A stretch of 64,000 bases of DNA from Eledone cirrhosa (lineage: Eukaryota). Where the stretch lies: contig OZ024740.1 in NCBI GenBank assembly GCA_964016885.1, positions 17,980,001 to 18,044,000 on the forward strand, written 5' to 3'. This document shows positions 1 to 13,881 of the stretch, piece by piece (position 1 is the stretch's first letter; every line of letters starts with the position of its first letter). A program made the translations under genes and the position numbers. Under the pieces are notes generated by a model. It had not been told where the DNA came from and did not search any database. It was given only the letters and a program-made list of their open reading frames with translations.

Positions 1-170
1 GGAGGAGACAAACCACAAACCCTCCATCTTAATTCTACTTCAGAAAAGCATAAGAACTGTGAAACTGGTAAAGGAAATAAATAAATATTCTTAAAAAGAT
101 TCCAGTTGCATTTTCGATTTCTTTTCCCTATACTTTCATCCATGTAGGACATCTCGTTTTTTTATTAAAA
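1..170 (+). mobile_element. 3' end (pLTR) of a Penelope-like element with a degenerate hammerhead at 38-74
   Basis: Homologous to 13120-13260 (aaccacaaaccctccatct...gaaaagca.aagaactg.gaaac.ggtaaagg...gttgcattttcgatttc); followed by (AT)n. Confidence 0.65.
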
Positions 171-189
171 AAAAAAAAAAAATCAATTT

Positions 190-258
<69 letters not shown>

Positions 259-309
259 TGAAAGATTGAAGAGTAACATGGTCGGCTGTACAATAAGGGC
301 TTTTATTTA

Positions 310-421
310 CAGTATTAACAATTGTTTCATTGATCAGGTGAGTCTAAAGGCCGCTAATCACTCGAAGTGTCACTCAACCTTAAATACCATGTTTACCTCT
401 GATTAAATCACCGGAATACTG
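310..421 (-). ncRNA. Hammerhead-like motif with variant core and long stem II
   Basis: Minus strand: CAGUAUU-CCGGUGA-U UUAAUCAG...CUGAUCAA U-GAAAC AAUU GUU-AAUACUG. 7-bp stem I, palindromic stem III, AAUAAA just downstream; core departs from CUGANGA. Confidence 0.55.
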
Positions 422-782
422 GAGAATTTTACATATGGCATTGGTATATATAGAGATACAACAGAAATGATAAAGAGGTAAAGAAAAATATAATAAGTAC
501 AGAATATGATTGCTGATAATAGTGGTGGTAGTGAGTAAGTGGATGTATTAAGATATGGTGAGGGTGGTGATAATACTAACATGAGAAGCAACATTAGATA
601 CATACATACATACATACGTGGTGGTCAAATCTCAGAGGGTTAGAAAGTAGAAAATAAAAAAATAGTAACAAATGACAGATAAAAGATAAAAAATAATAGA
701 TTAAAAATTAAGTGAGAAGGGAAGTGGTACGAGGATGAGACATAAGGGGTAGGGCTAAGGACGGGGAAGGATATATATATGT

Positions 783-3403
783 AACAAACTTCAAAAAACC
801 CAACAACCACCTGATCACCTATAGATCAGGGGAGCATTCTAATCAGATAGATTTTATCCTCATCAAAGGATGTGACAGATGGACGGTCATAAACACAAAA
901 GCCTTTCCTAGTGAGGAATGTACCTCCCAACATAGCTTAGTTGTCAGCGACCTCACGGTCAGAACTAGACGAACCTGGAAACAAGCCAACCTGGAGAAGA
1001 AAGATCTGGAAGCTGAAAGACCCCTTAGCCAGTAACAGATTTAAAGATATTTTACTCAACGCCTACGACAGTAAAGAAGAACAGATACAGACATTCAATG
1101 TAGAAGAGCACTGGAAGTTCCTAAAAAATAACTTACTAGAGGCGACGGATGAGATCTGTGACTGGAGTAAGACCACAGGCAGGAGGAGAGTGACTTGGTG
1201 GTGGAACAATAAGGTAGATGAGATAGTTAAGGTCAAGAGACAGGCATGGAAGAATGGGGGAAGCAGGGTACATTACATAGAGACCAGAAGGGAAGCTAGG
1301 CGACAAGTATACTTAGCTAGGAGGGAAGCAGAGGATAGAAAATTCAAGCATGTTTTGCAACGTGAGGACCAGAAACAGGAGGTGTTCAAGATTGCGAGGC
1401 AGTGTGTCAGAGAGAATTGTGATGTCATTGGGGAGAAGTGTATCCAGAATGATAACGGTGAGCTTGCCCTCACAAGTGCTGAGAAGAAAGATGCGTGGAA
1501 GAGCCATTATGATAGATTACTAAATGAGGAGAATGCATGGGAAGAAGAGACCCTACTCCAAGTAGACCCTATAGAGGGGCCGGCAGTACAAGTAAGCAGC
1601 AACGTAGTAAGTAAGGCAATCAAATATATGAAGATGGGGGAAGGCAACCGGTCCATCGGGTATAGCTGCCGAGATGCTGAAGGCATCTGGGTCGGTAGAT
1701 CACACTATAACCACACGTATTGTTAACCAGGTAATACTAGAAGGTATCATACCAAAGGATTGGTGCAGTAGAATCATTGTCAACTGCTACAAAGGTAAAT
1801 GTGATAGAGGAAACTATAGAGGTATAAAGCTGATGGACCAGGTCATGAAAGTAACAGAAAGAGTTATAGCATAGTTGATTAGGGACCAGGTGAAACTAGA
1901 TGAGATACAATTTGGGTTTGTGCCAGGAAGAGGCCCCACTGATGCCCTCTTCCTTGTGAGGCAGTTGCAGGAAAAGTAGTTCGCTAAAAGTCTACCTGGC
2001 ATTCGTCGATCTCGAGAAAGCCTTTGACAGAGTTCCCCGTGGTATAATCTGGTGGGCTCTTAGAAAACTAGGAGTAGATGAATGGCTTGTGAAAGCTGTA
2101 TAAGCCATGTATAGGGGAGCAGTCAGCAAAGTTAGGATTAGCAATGAGTATAACGAGGAATTTAGCGTACAGGTCGGTGTCCACCAGGGCTCTGTTCTTA
2201 GCCCTCTCCTGTTCATCATAGTCCTGCAGGCAATAACGGAGGAGTTTAAGACCAGATGCTCATGGGAACTCCTGTATGCAGATGACCTTGCACTTATAGC
2301 TGAATCTATGATAGAACTAGAGAAGAAATTTCAAACTTGGAAGCAGGGACTAGAAAGAAAGGGTCTCAAAGTCAACCTAACAAAGACTAAGGTCCTTGTA
2401 AGTAGACGAGAAAACAGAACACAGATCCCCTCAGGGAAGTGGCCTTGCTCAGTATGTAGGAAAGGTGTAGGTAAGAACTCCATTCTCTGCCCCAAATGCA
2501 AACAATGGGTACACAAGAGATGTAGCGGGATCTCAGGAAGCTTAACTAAGAATGTAGGCTTCACAGCAAGCAGCAAAGATCCACAGGAAACAAGTACCAC
2601 CAAACTCTGGGAGGACTCTGTAGAAAGAGTAGACAGCTTCTGCTACCTAGGTGACCGAATTAGCAGCGGAGGTGGGTGTTCTGAAATTACAATAACTAGG
2701 GTAAGAACGGGATGGAAGAAGTTCAGGGAGCTACTGCTAGCTGTAAAAGGCTTTTCCCTCAAAATGAAAGGCAGACTGTATGATGCGTGTATACGAACAG
2801 CAATGTTACATGGTAGTGAGACCTGGGCGCTGACTGTAGAAGACTTGCGTAGATTAGAAACCATAGATGAATTGAGAGAGAGACTGAGCATAAGAGGAAT
2901 CAAATGCTGTGTGCAGGAGAGGTGGTTGCGTTGGTATGGACATGTGATGCGTATGAAGGATGACAGCTGCATAAAAAGGTGCAGAGCACTAGAAGTCGAT
3001 GGGAACCGCAGAATGGGGAGACCCAAGAAGACTTGGGATGAGGTGATAAAAGCCTACCTTACCCAATTACACCTCTCAAAGGACGACGACACACGACCGT
3101 GACCTCTGGTGTCACGCAGTAATACAAAAGACCCGACCCCCCATGGGTACAACTCGAAGCTGAAGCATATAGACAATATGCTCCCACACCCTCCCACTGT
3201 AAAGTGGACGTGGAGGAGCCAAGGAAAAAATCATCCCGCACTCACTGTAAATGAGGTTGATATTAGGAAGGGCATCCAGCTGTAGAAATCAAGCCAAATC
3301 AGTTCCTGTCCGACCGGACACTGCCCACATCAGGACAACCCGTCTAACTCATGCTAGCGTGGAAGAACGGACGTAAAACAGTGATGATGGTGATGATGAT
3401 GAT
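783..3403 (+). mobile_element. 5'-truncated, decayed RTE-clade LINE
   Basis: ORF pieces 941-1726, 1674-1874 and 2107-3102 with RT motifs GVHQGSVLSPLLF and LLYADD and C-terminal GRPKKTW; stops and frameshifts; ends in a (GAT)n tail. Confidence 0.93.
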
Positions 3404-3539
3404 ATATAGCTTATTAAGTCATAGCCAATTGAGTAACTACAGAGAAAAGTTGACACAATTCTTCAGAAAAAGAAATTCACTAAATTGTACACTGTAATGG
3501 GTGCGTACTTGCTATAGTTAATAATTTACATACATACAC

Positions 3540-3675
3540 AAATTATATATATATATATATGTATATACATATATATATACATATATATATATATACATAT
3601 ATATACATATATATATATATACATATATATACATATACATATACATACATATATATATACATACATATATATACA

Positions 3676-3755
<80 letters not shown>

Positions 3756-4930
3756 CATATACATACATATATATACATATACATACATATATATACATAT
3801 ACATATATATACATATATATATATATACATATATATATACATATATATACATATATATATACATATATATACATATATATACATATATATATATACATAT
3901 ATATATATACATATATATACATATACATATATATATACATACATATACATATATATACATATACATATATATACATATATATATAAATATATATATACAT
4001 ATATATACATATATATATACATATATATATATACATATATATATACATATATATATACATACATATACATATATATACATATACATATATATACATATAC
4101 ATATATATACATATACATATATATACATATACATATATATATACATATATATATACATATATATACATATATATACATATATATATACATATATATATAC
4201 ATATATATATATACATATATATATACATATATATATATACATATATATATACATATATATATACATATATATATACATATATATATATACATATATATAT
4301 ATACATATATATATACATATATATATATACATATATATATACATATATATATATACATATATATATATACATATATATATACATATATATATATACATAT
4401 ATATATATACATATATATATATACATATATATATATATACATATATATATACATATATATATATACATATATATATACATATATATATATACATATATAT
4501 ATACATATATATATACATATATATATATACATATATATATACATATATATATACATATATATATATACATATATATATACATATATATATATACATATAT
4601 ATATACATATATATATATACATATATATATACATATATATATATACATATATATATACATATATATATACATATATATATATACATATATATATACATAT
4701 ATATATATACATATATATATATACATATATATATACATATATATATATATACATATATATATATACATATATATATACATATATATATATACATATTATT
4801 ATATACACATATATATATATACATATTATTATATATACATATATATAGATATACATATATATATACATATATATACATATACATATTATATATACATATA
4901 TATACATATATACATATACATATATATACA

Positions 4931-4962
<32 letters not shown>

Positions 4963-4963
4963 C

Positions 4964-5018
<55 letters not shown>

Positions 5019-5213
5019 CATATATATATACATATATATATATATACATATATATATACATATATATACATACATATATATATATACATATATATATACA
5101 TATATATATACATATATATATACATATATATATACATATATATATATACATATATATATACATATATATATACATATATATATACATATATATATATACA
5201 TATATACATATAC

Positions 5214-5246
<33 letters not shown>

Positions 5247-5407
5247 CATATATATATACATATATATATATACATATATATATATACATATATATATATA
5301 CATATATATATATACATATATATATACATATATATATACATATATATATACATATATATATATACATATATATATATACATATATATATATATACATATA
5401 TATATAC

Positions 5408-5504
<97 letters not shown>

Positions 5505-5541
5505 CATATATACATATACATATATATACATATATATATAC

Positions 5542-5576
<35 letters not shown>

Positions 5577-5581
5577 CATAT
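3540..5581. repeat. (AT)n/(ATAC) compound microsatellite, about 2 kb
   Basis: Directly visible. Confidence 0.97.
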
Positions 5582-8500
5582 AAATAAAACCCATCCTGAA
5601 TGAACCAGAAAACCAACAAAGACTTAGGGAAAAGATGGCATTGGAAAAATTTAAAACAGAAATAGAACTGTTGCGATTAAGAGCCAACTCCAACGAAGAA
5701 AAATTCAAGTCACTCGACCAACAGATGGACACAGAAATCTCAAAGCACTCTGAAGGCCTACTCTACAAAAAAACCCTAAAACTTTGGAAAGAAAACTGTG
5801 AGGATGAAGAACTCACATCCCTCCAGCGATGGGAAAAAAACGCCACCTGGTTCAACAACTACGAAATGGACTTCAAAAATGAACAACATACAGGTAACCC
5901 ATTTTTAAAACAAACTAAAACTCACACACCACATGCACAACAAATAACAAAAAAAGTAACAAAACGTCCAACATACCCCCAGCAAAACTATAACGATAAT
6001 CCCAGAAACCATAGACAAAACTATAACCCTACTAACAAAAACCAAAGATCCCCGAACACAAGGCAGGACCTGATCCGCAGATCACAACCCACACAAAACC
6101 TATTCCAAAACCGTAGACCCCTGCCCACACAGAGCCTGTTCCCAAACCATAGATCCCAACCCACACAAAGGAACCAAATCTACAACCCGGACTATCAACA
6201 AACCGAACCTCAATACGTCCGAAACTTCTATACAAGACCACACAACAACAGGGGAAATACCATTAGATATAATAATACCAATGAAAAAACATTCCAGAAA
6301 AATCATTTTTTAGACCACGGCTACAGGACTCACGACACCCGGTGGCACAAACCGATTTTGAAAAACCGAAAATAATTAACATTTCAAATACAAACCTCTC
6401 AGCCCAACAAGTAAACATTCTCTCCAAAGGTCTGAAATTCACACCAACACCACAATATCCTAACCCCAACGAGATAAATGACGATATCTCACACTTCTGT
6501 AGAAAATTACGTCTCACAGAGGAATTCTTTGACAAGGAGAATAACGACGAATCAATTGTACGGAATAAAAGCAGCTACAACCCAACAAAAGGTAGAAACA
6601 GAGTTCTGGACAAATTTTGTGACCACATAGCTACCTTCCCATACCATGAACTACCGCAACCTAAACCCAAACCCAACACAAGTCGAAGGGAATGGGAGAT
6701 TATCCATGAACTAAAAAACAATCCGGACATTGTAATTAAGGAAGCGGACAAGGGAAGTACTGTTGTCATTATGGAGGCTGAAAAATATAAAAATTCTATG
6801 TTCTCTCTCTTACAAAATGCTAATTACTATGAAAGAGTAAAAAAACTACCAGCAATCAAAAATAATGACCAAATTAAACACACTGATTTATCGATACCAG
6901 GAAGACCTAACTAAAAAGGAACGCGATTATTTAACAAATTTTGAATACAAAACCAGCAACCTTTACGGACTTCCGAAGATCCACAAATGTAAAATAATCA
7001 ACGATGCCTGTAAACAATCCACCTCAGCCTGCGTGAACACACAATACCCCACAGACCTTAAATTAAGACCAATTGTAGTGGGCCCACAATGTGAAACACA
7101 CAGATTGAGCAACTTTATAGACATACTACTGAAACCAATACTGAAACACATACCAAGCCTTGTAAGAGACGATCTGGACCTCTTAAACCACCTCCCCAAA
7201 CATGTCAACAACGACACTATTATTGTGTCTTTCGATGTAGTGAATCTCTACACAACGATCCCACACCAATACGGACTAGAAGCAATAGGATTCTGGCTAG
7301 AGAAATATCCCAATGAGATACCTGACAGAATAGAAAAAAGCTTCATCACCGAGGGATTAAAATTCATCCTACAGAACAACTTTTTTGATTTCGATGGCAA
7401 TACTTACAAGCAAATATCGGGGACTGCGATGGGCACAAAAGCCGCTCCAACTTATGCCAACTTAGTCATGGCATACTTAGAAGTCCAGATATATGAACAG
7501 TCCAAATCAAAATACAGATTGAACTTCCACAAATATTTATCAGAGAATTGGAAACGCTACTTGGATGATTGCCTCATTCTTTGGTCCCACACACTCGACC
7601 AACTGAAGGATTTCAAAAACTTAATAAACGGCATCAATAACCACATCCAATTCACAATGGAATACAGCCAAGATCAACTCCCATTTCTGGACATCTTAAT
7701 CACAAAAAAAGACACAAATATCGAAACTGACATACACTACAAACCAACAGATTCCAAACAATATCTGCTATTCACCTCCAACCATCCAAAGCACACGAAG
7801 ACGAACATTCCTTTTAACCTAGCAAGAAGAATTTGCACAATTATCTCCAATTATGAAACGCGAAATAAAAGACTTCAAGAATTAAAGGAAATTCTACTTG
7901 AGAGAGAGTACCCACCATTACTAATAAATAATGGAATAGAAAGGGCTAAAGCAATAGGCATTGATGAATTACGGAAACAGAAACAAATTCAAGGTACGTC
8001 CAATATTCTATCATATATCTCAACACACAACCCAAGAAATGCGGAAGCTTACAACACTATTCACAATAACATCCCACTACTAAAACAAAACCCAAGAATG
8101 AAAAAAGCCCTTGAAACACACAAAATAATCAAAAGCAAAAGACAACCAAAATCACTGAAAACATTACTCACCAATGCCAAATTACCTACCACAAACCCAC
8201 AACCAAGTATCAAAAAATGTGGTCGCTCTAATTGTGGAACCTGCACTCACCTCATTGAAGGCAACACGTATACATTTAAATCAGGACAAAATTTTACTGT
8301 AAAAAATCACTTCACTTGCTCATCAAAAAATCTAATTTATGCCATTAAATGTAAAGGATGCAATGAAGATTATATAGGACAAACTAAACTCACACTCAGA
8401 AACAGAATGACAGTTCATCGCCAACAATTACGAGATCCAACCACGAGACAGATACCACTAAGTGCACATCTAGACATTTGCGCAAGTAATAAGACACCCA

Positions 8501-8588
8501 AATTCCAAGTCTTCCCATTTTACCTTTGCGCTAACAATACAACAGAACAAATGCGAATAAATAAGGAAAATATGTTTATTCAAAAATT
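5582..8588 (+). mobile_element. Penelope-like retroelement body (RT + Cys-rich linker + GIY-YIG), frameshifted; possibly Neptune-like
   Basis: ORFs 5635-6375, 6342-6914 and 6865-8646: LSKGLKF, IKEADKG, LYGLPKIHK, LRPIV, SFDVVNLYT, QISGTAMGT, RYLDD, PFLD, CGRSNCGTC, NLIYAIKCKGC...YIGQT. Confidence 0.93.
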
Positions 8589-11500
8589 ATTATTGTTATT
8601 GTTATTATATACAAGCCGAACTGGACTGGGAAAGGTCAACAGTTGACATGATAGTGATTTTGACGATTTTGACTTCAGTACTGTCGGTAATATATGTATA
8701 TATATATATGTTTGTGAGTGGTGTGCGTGATTGTATGCATGAATGAGTGTTGGTATGTGTGGTTGTGGTTTGTATGCATGAGTATTAGTGTGTGAGTCGT
8801 GTCAATAAGTTTTTTTTTTTTTTTTTTTTTTTAATGACCATGCTGTAAAATGGAGGGGTAGAGAGGGCCCTTGAGTCTAGTAAGACATCCTCTCTAGTGC
8901 TGGTGGCACAAATAAAAGCACCCAGTCCATGCTGTAAAGTGGCGCTAGTGTTAGGAAGGGCGTCCAACCAGTGTATCAATGCCAAAAAGCTTATCAGCAC
9001 AGCAACAAAACAGCATAGAAAAATATGAAGACGTCGCATCTCAGAGTTGCAACACTTAATGTTGGCACTCTCAGAGGTAGATCTGCTGAAATAGCGGAGA
9101 TGCTGGAGAGAAGGCAGGTGGATGTGTGCATGTGCAAGAGGTGAGATGGAGAGGTGCCTCTGCGAGACTAGTCGTAGGCAAGCGTCTTAGCTATAAGCTA
9201 TTCTGGGTAGGTAAGGATGATGGGTTAGGGGGAGTAGGCATTTTCCTGGCTGAGAAATGGATCAATAAGACAATAGAGGTAGTTCGAGTTAGTAATCGAA
9301 TAATTAAGCTTAGATTAGTTGTAGGTAGGAGACTACTGACAATCATCTCGGTCTATGCTCCCCAAGCAGGCCTAGGCAAAGATGAGAAAGACTGCTTTTA
9401 TGAGCAACTTTTGCAAACAACCACAATGACAGAGGACGGAGACATCGTTATGCTAGCAGGAGACTTCAATGATCATGTTGGACAGCTCCAGGATGGTTAC
9501 ACTGGGGTACATGGTGGGCACGGTTACGGTTCAAGAAATGAAGAAGGAGTGAGACTTCTTGAATTTTGTGATGCAAGTACATTGACTATTTGCAACACAA
9601 ACTTCCAGAAACCTGCCAATCACCTAATAACCTACAAATCTGGTGAGCACATAAGCCAGATTGACTTCCTGCTAGTTAGGCAGCGGGACAGGCAGATAGT
9701 GTCTAATACCAAGGCATACCCTGGGGAAGAATGTACCCCACAGCATAGGTTAGTTGTTAGTGATATCTCAGTAAGCAAGAGATGGAATGAGACATATAGG
9801 AAGGTGTGGAGAAGAAAGGTCTGGAAGCTAAAAGACCTTTCACTAAAATTCAAATTTAGGAAAGCCCTTCAAGATGTATATGACGAAAAAGAAGACGATT
9901 TAGAGACGTATGACATAGATAATAACTGGAAGTTCTTACGTGACAACTTGCTGAAGGCTACTGATGAAACCTGTGGCTGGAGCAGAGCTCCAACCAGACA
10001 GAGAGTGACCTGGTGGTGGAACAGCAGTGTAGATAAGGCTATTAGAGACAAAAGACTAGCATGGAAGGCTTGGAAAAAGGGTGAGAGTAGGGAAGAATAT
10101 ACAGCCACTAAGAGAGAAGCTAGACGTCAGGTGTACTTAGCACGCAGGGAGGCAGAGAGTTTGCCAATGTTCTGCGACGGGAAGATCAGAGGCGTGCGGT
10201 GTTCCACATTGCAAGGCAGTGTGTCAATGCAAATCAGGATGTTGTTGGTGATAAATGTGTCCGGGATGATGCCGGTGTACTTAGTGTCACGAATGACCAG
10301 AAAAAGGAGGCCTGGAAATGTCATTATGAGAGACTGATGAATGTGGAGAACGAATGGGAGAGAGAGAAATTACCCTTGGTAGATCCGACAGAGGGACCAG
10401 CTATTGAGATTGACGAATATAGGGTCCAAGAGGCGATTAGGGAAATGAAAAATGGTAAGGCGGCCGGACCATCGGGAATAGTTGCTGAGATGCTGAAGGC
10501 ATCAGGGGACGTAGGCACTAAACTGGTTGCACGCATAATCAATCAGGCTATATATGGTGGTGTCATACCCAAAGACTGGTGCAGCAGTATTCTCATAAAT
10601 TGCTACAAAGGTAAAGGGGATGCTTTGGAGAGGAGCAATTATAGGGGTATAAAACTGATAGATCAGGTTATGAAAGTGGCAGAAAGGATTTTAGCACAAC
10701 TAATTAGAGAAAGGGTCAAACTAGATGAGATGCAGTTTGGTTTTGTGCCTGGGAAGAGTACAACAGATGCCCTCTTCTCGGTGAGACAAATGCAAGAGAG
10801 GTTCTTAGAGAAGAATAAGCCACTATACTTAGCCTTTGTTGACCTAGAGAAGGCCTTTGATAGGGTACCCCGATCTGTCATCTGGTGGTCCCTAAGGAAG
10901 CTGGGTGTTGAGGAATGGCTTGTAAGGACAGTGCAAACTTTGTACAGAGGTACTCTCAGTAAAGTCAGGGTAGGAATGGAGTTTAGTGAGGAATTCCAGA
11001 TACAAGTAGGAGTACATCAGGGTTCGGTCCTCAGCCCGCTCTTGTTCATTATAGTCCTCCAAGCCATAACAGAGGAGTTTAAGACTGGCTGTCCATGGGA
11101 ACTTCTCTATGCTGACGATCTGGCTCTTATGGCAGAATCAGTAGAGGAGCTAGAGAATAAATTCCGGCTATGGAAACAGCAGTTGGAAGCAAGAGGACTG
11201 AGAGTAAATCTAGCTAAGACAAAAGTGTTGATGAGTAGAAAAGAGGACAAAACCCTGATTCCGTCAGGGAAATGGCCATGTTCGATATGCAGAAAAGGAA
11301 CTGGCATAAATTCTATAAAATGCACACAATGTAGGTCCTGGGTACACAAGAGATGTAGCGGGATAGCAGGCAAACTAACAGGTAGGGAGAAATATGTATG
11401 CAGGAGATGTACAGGGAAATTAGACAGTAGAAGTCGCACTGATAGACACATTTTTCAAATGCGAGAGGACGCTATAGAAGTGGTGGATAGCTTCCGGTAC

Positions 11501-12103
11501 CTAGGAGATCAGATTAGCATGGGAGGAGGGTGTTCCGAGGCCATAGTATCTAGAATAAGGACGGGTTGGAAGAAGTTTAGGGAGCTGCTTCCTCTGTTGA
11601 CGAAGAAGGGTTTCTCCCTGCGTACGAAAGGCCGGTTGTATGATGCCTGTGTGAGGAGCGCGATGCTGCATGGTAGTGAGACATGGGCAGCAACCGCAGA
11701 AGATATGCGACGGCTGGAGAGAAATGAGGCAAGCATGCTCCGTTGGATGTGCAGTGTAAATGTGCGTGAACGACCCAGCATAAATGTGTTGAGAGAGAAA
11801 CTGTGTCTGAGAGGGATAGAATGTAGTGTACGGGAGAGGAGACTGAGGTGGTATGGACATGTGATGCGCATGGAGGATAACCGATGGGTGAAGAAGTGCC
11901 AGGAAATGCCAGTTGAAGGAAGACGTGGTAGAGGTAGACCACGAAAAACATGGGCGGAGGTGGTGAGAACAGACCTCAGATCATTGAAGCTCACGGTGGA
12001 GATGACGAGGGACCGTGACGAGTGGAGAGATGCTGTGCTGAATAAGACCCGTCCCACCCTTGCAAACAGGGAAAAGCGGACGTAAAATGATGATGATGAT
12101 GAT
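8589..12103 (+). mobile_element. Near full-length RTE-clade LINE (5'UTR, APE endonuclease, RT, (GAT)n tail) nested in the Penelope ORF
   Basis: ATG at about 9025 (MKTSHLRVATLNVGTL), APE motifs QEVRW, VYAPQ, GDFN, QIDF; RT in 10199-12085 (YADD); two frameshifts near 9125 and 10160; terminal hairpin then tgatgatgatgatgat. Confidence 0.95.
9025..12085 (+). pseudogene. RTE APE-RT polyprotein with internal PHD-like finger, frameshifted
   Basis: ORF track 9126-10337 plus 10199-12085; C4HC3 pattern CSIC/CTQC/HKRC/CRRC. Confidence 0.9.
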
Positions 12104-12615
12104 AGACCAACATTAAATAAGGTTTAATATACATTATGTCAACACCACAATATGACATACACACACACACATAACACCTTCTACATTAGAAAATAAAAAC
12201 CCCGAACTAAATAAACCTTAAACATACGTTTGCACTGGCAATACAACAGCAAACACGAAAAAGTCAGGAAAATATGTTCATTCAAAAATATTCCTACTAA
12301 AGGAATCATTTTCCTACACACACACACACATACACACAATATATATATATATATTCTCTTCATCTTAACATGCTAACCATACTCCCACACACATAACACC
12401 CATACACACACATAACCCCCACACCTACAACACCCTCCCCATTTCTACTAATAGAACCACTTTCCTACACACACATATATATATACACACACACACAAAA
12501 TATATATTCTCTCCATCTAACATACTCGCACACACACACATAACACCCATATACACACACACACACAACTCCCTCCCCCATCTCTACTAATAGAATCATC
12601 TTCCAATACACACAT

Positions 12616-12646
<31 letters not shown>

Positions 12647-13262
12647 AGCACACAAATAAACACATATCTTCAGTCTCAATAGAAAATCTGAACTCTGACA
12701 CCTGAACTCTGACAGCTGGCCATATTCACTGAACCAGAACATTACTCCCAATCCCTTTTCCCTTGACCACTATCTCTCCATTGTCATAACATTCACTATA
12801 AAGACTACAGAATAGTTTTCCAACTAAGGGCGCAAAAATGTAATGAAAACTTGTTCACGTGACAGCCAAATTTCATTTATAACCAACCAAAAAAAGCCTT
12901 CGTGAGCCTCATTTTTTCAAGTAAAAAGAAATTCAAACACTCATATATGAAAAAACAACCTGTGTCAACCCCCTCTCTTATTTGAAGAACTATTGTAACG
13001 CGAACTGGCGCGAAATTTATTATAATTATTGACAAACCAATCAAATTACTTCTCGAAAAACCTGGTTTTCGAGCCACTTTTTCCATATAAAACAAGTAAC
13101 ATTTAGAGACCAACCAGATGTGAGAAAAACCACAGACCCTCCATCTCAACTCACCTTTTGAAAAGCAGAAGAACTGCGAAACCGGTAAAGGAACCAAATA
13201 AATATATATATATTTTTTTTAAAATAAGACTTGTTGCATTTTCGATTTCATCCCTTTTTCTT
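12104..13262 (+). mobile_element. 3' remainder of the Penelope element (last codons RPTLNKV*, 3'UTR and pLTR)
   Basis: aga cca aca tta aat aag gtt taa plausibly continues KENMFIQK from about 8586; hammerhead near the end; then (AT)n. Confidence 0.75.
13154..13191 (+). ncRNA. Minimal type I hammerhead ribozyme, U3-A8 core variant
   Basis: CCUU-UUGAAAA-GCAG aagaa CUGC-GAAA CCGG UA-AAGG; palindromic stem III; AAUAAA follows. Confidence 0.8.

Positions 13263-13881
<619 letters not shown>

Noticed and set aside
3405-3530. CTGAAGA on the minus strand as a hammerhead
   Set aside because: No downstream GAAA or stem III
8835-8895. taaaatggagggg as part of a twister ribozyme in the RTE 5'UTR
   Set aside because: The upstream conserved twister elements are not present
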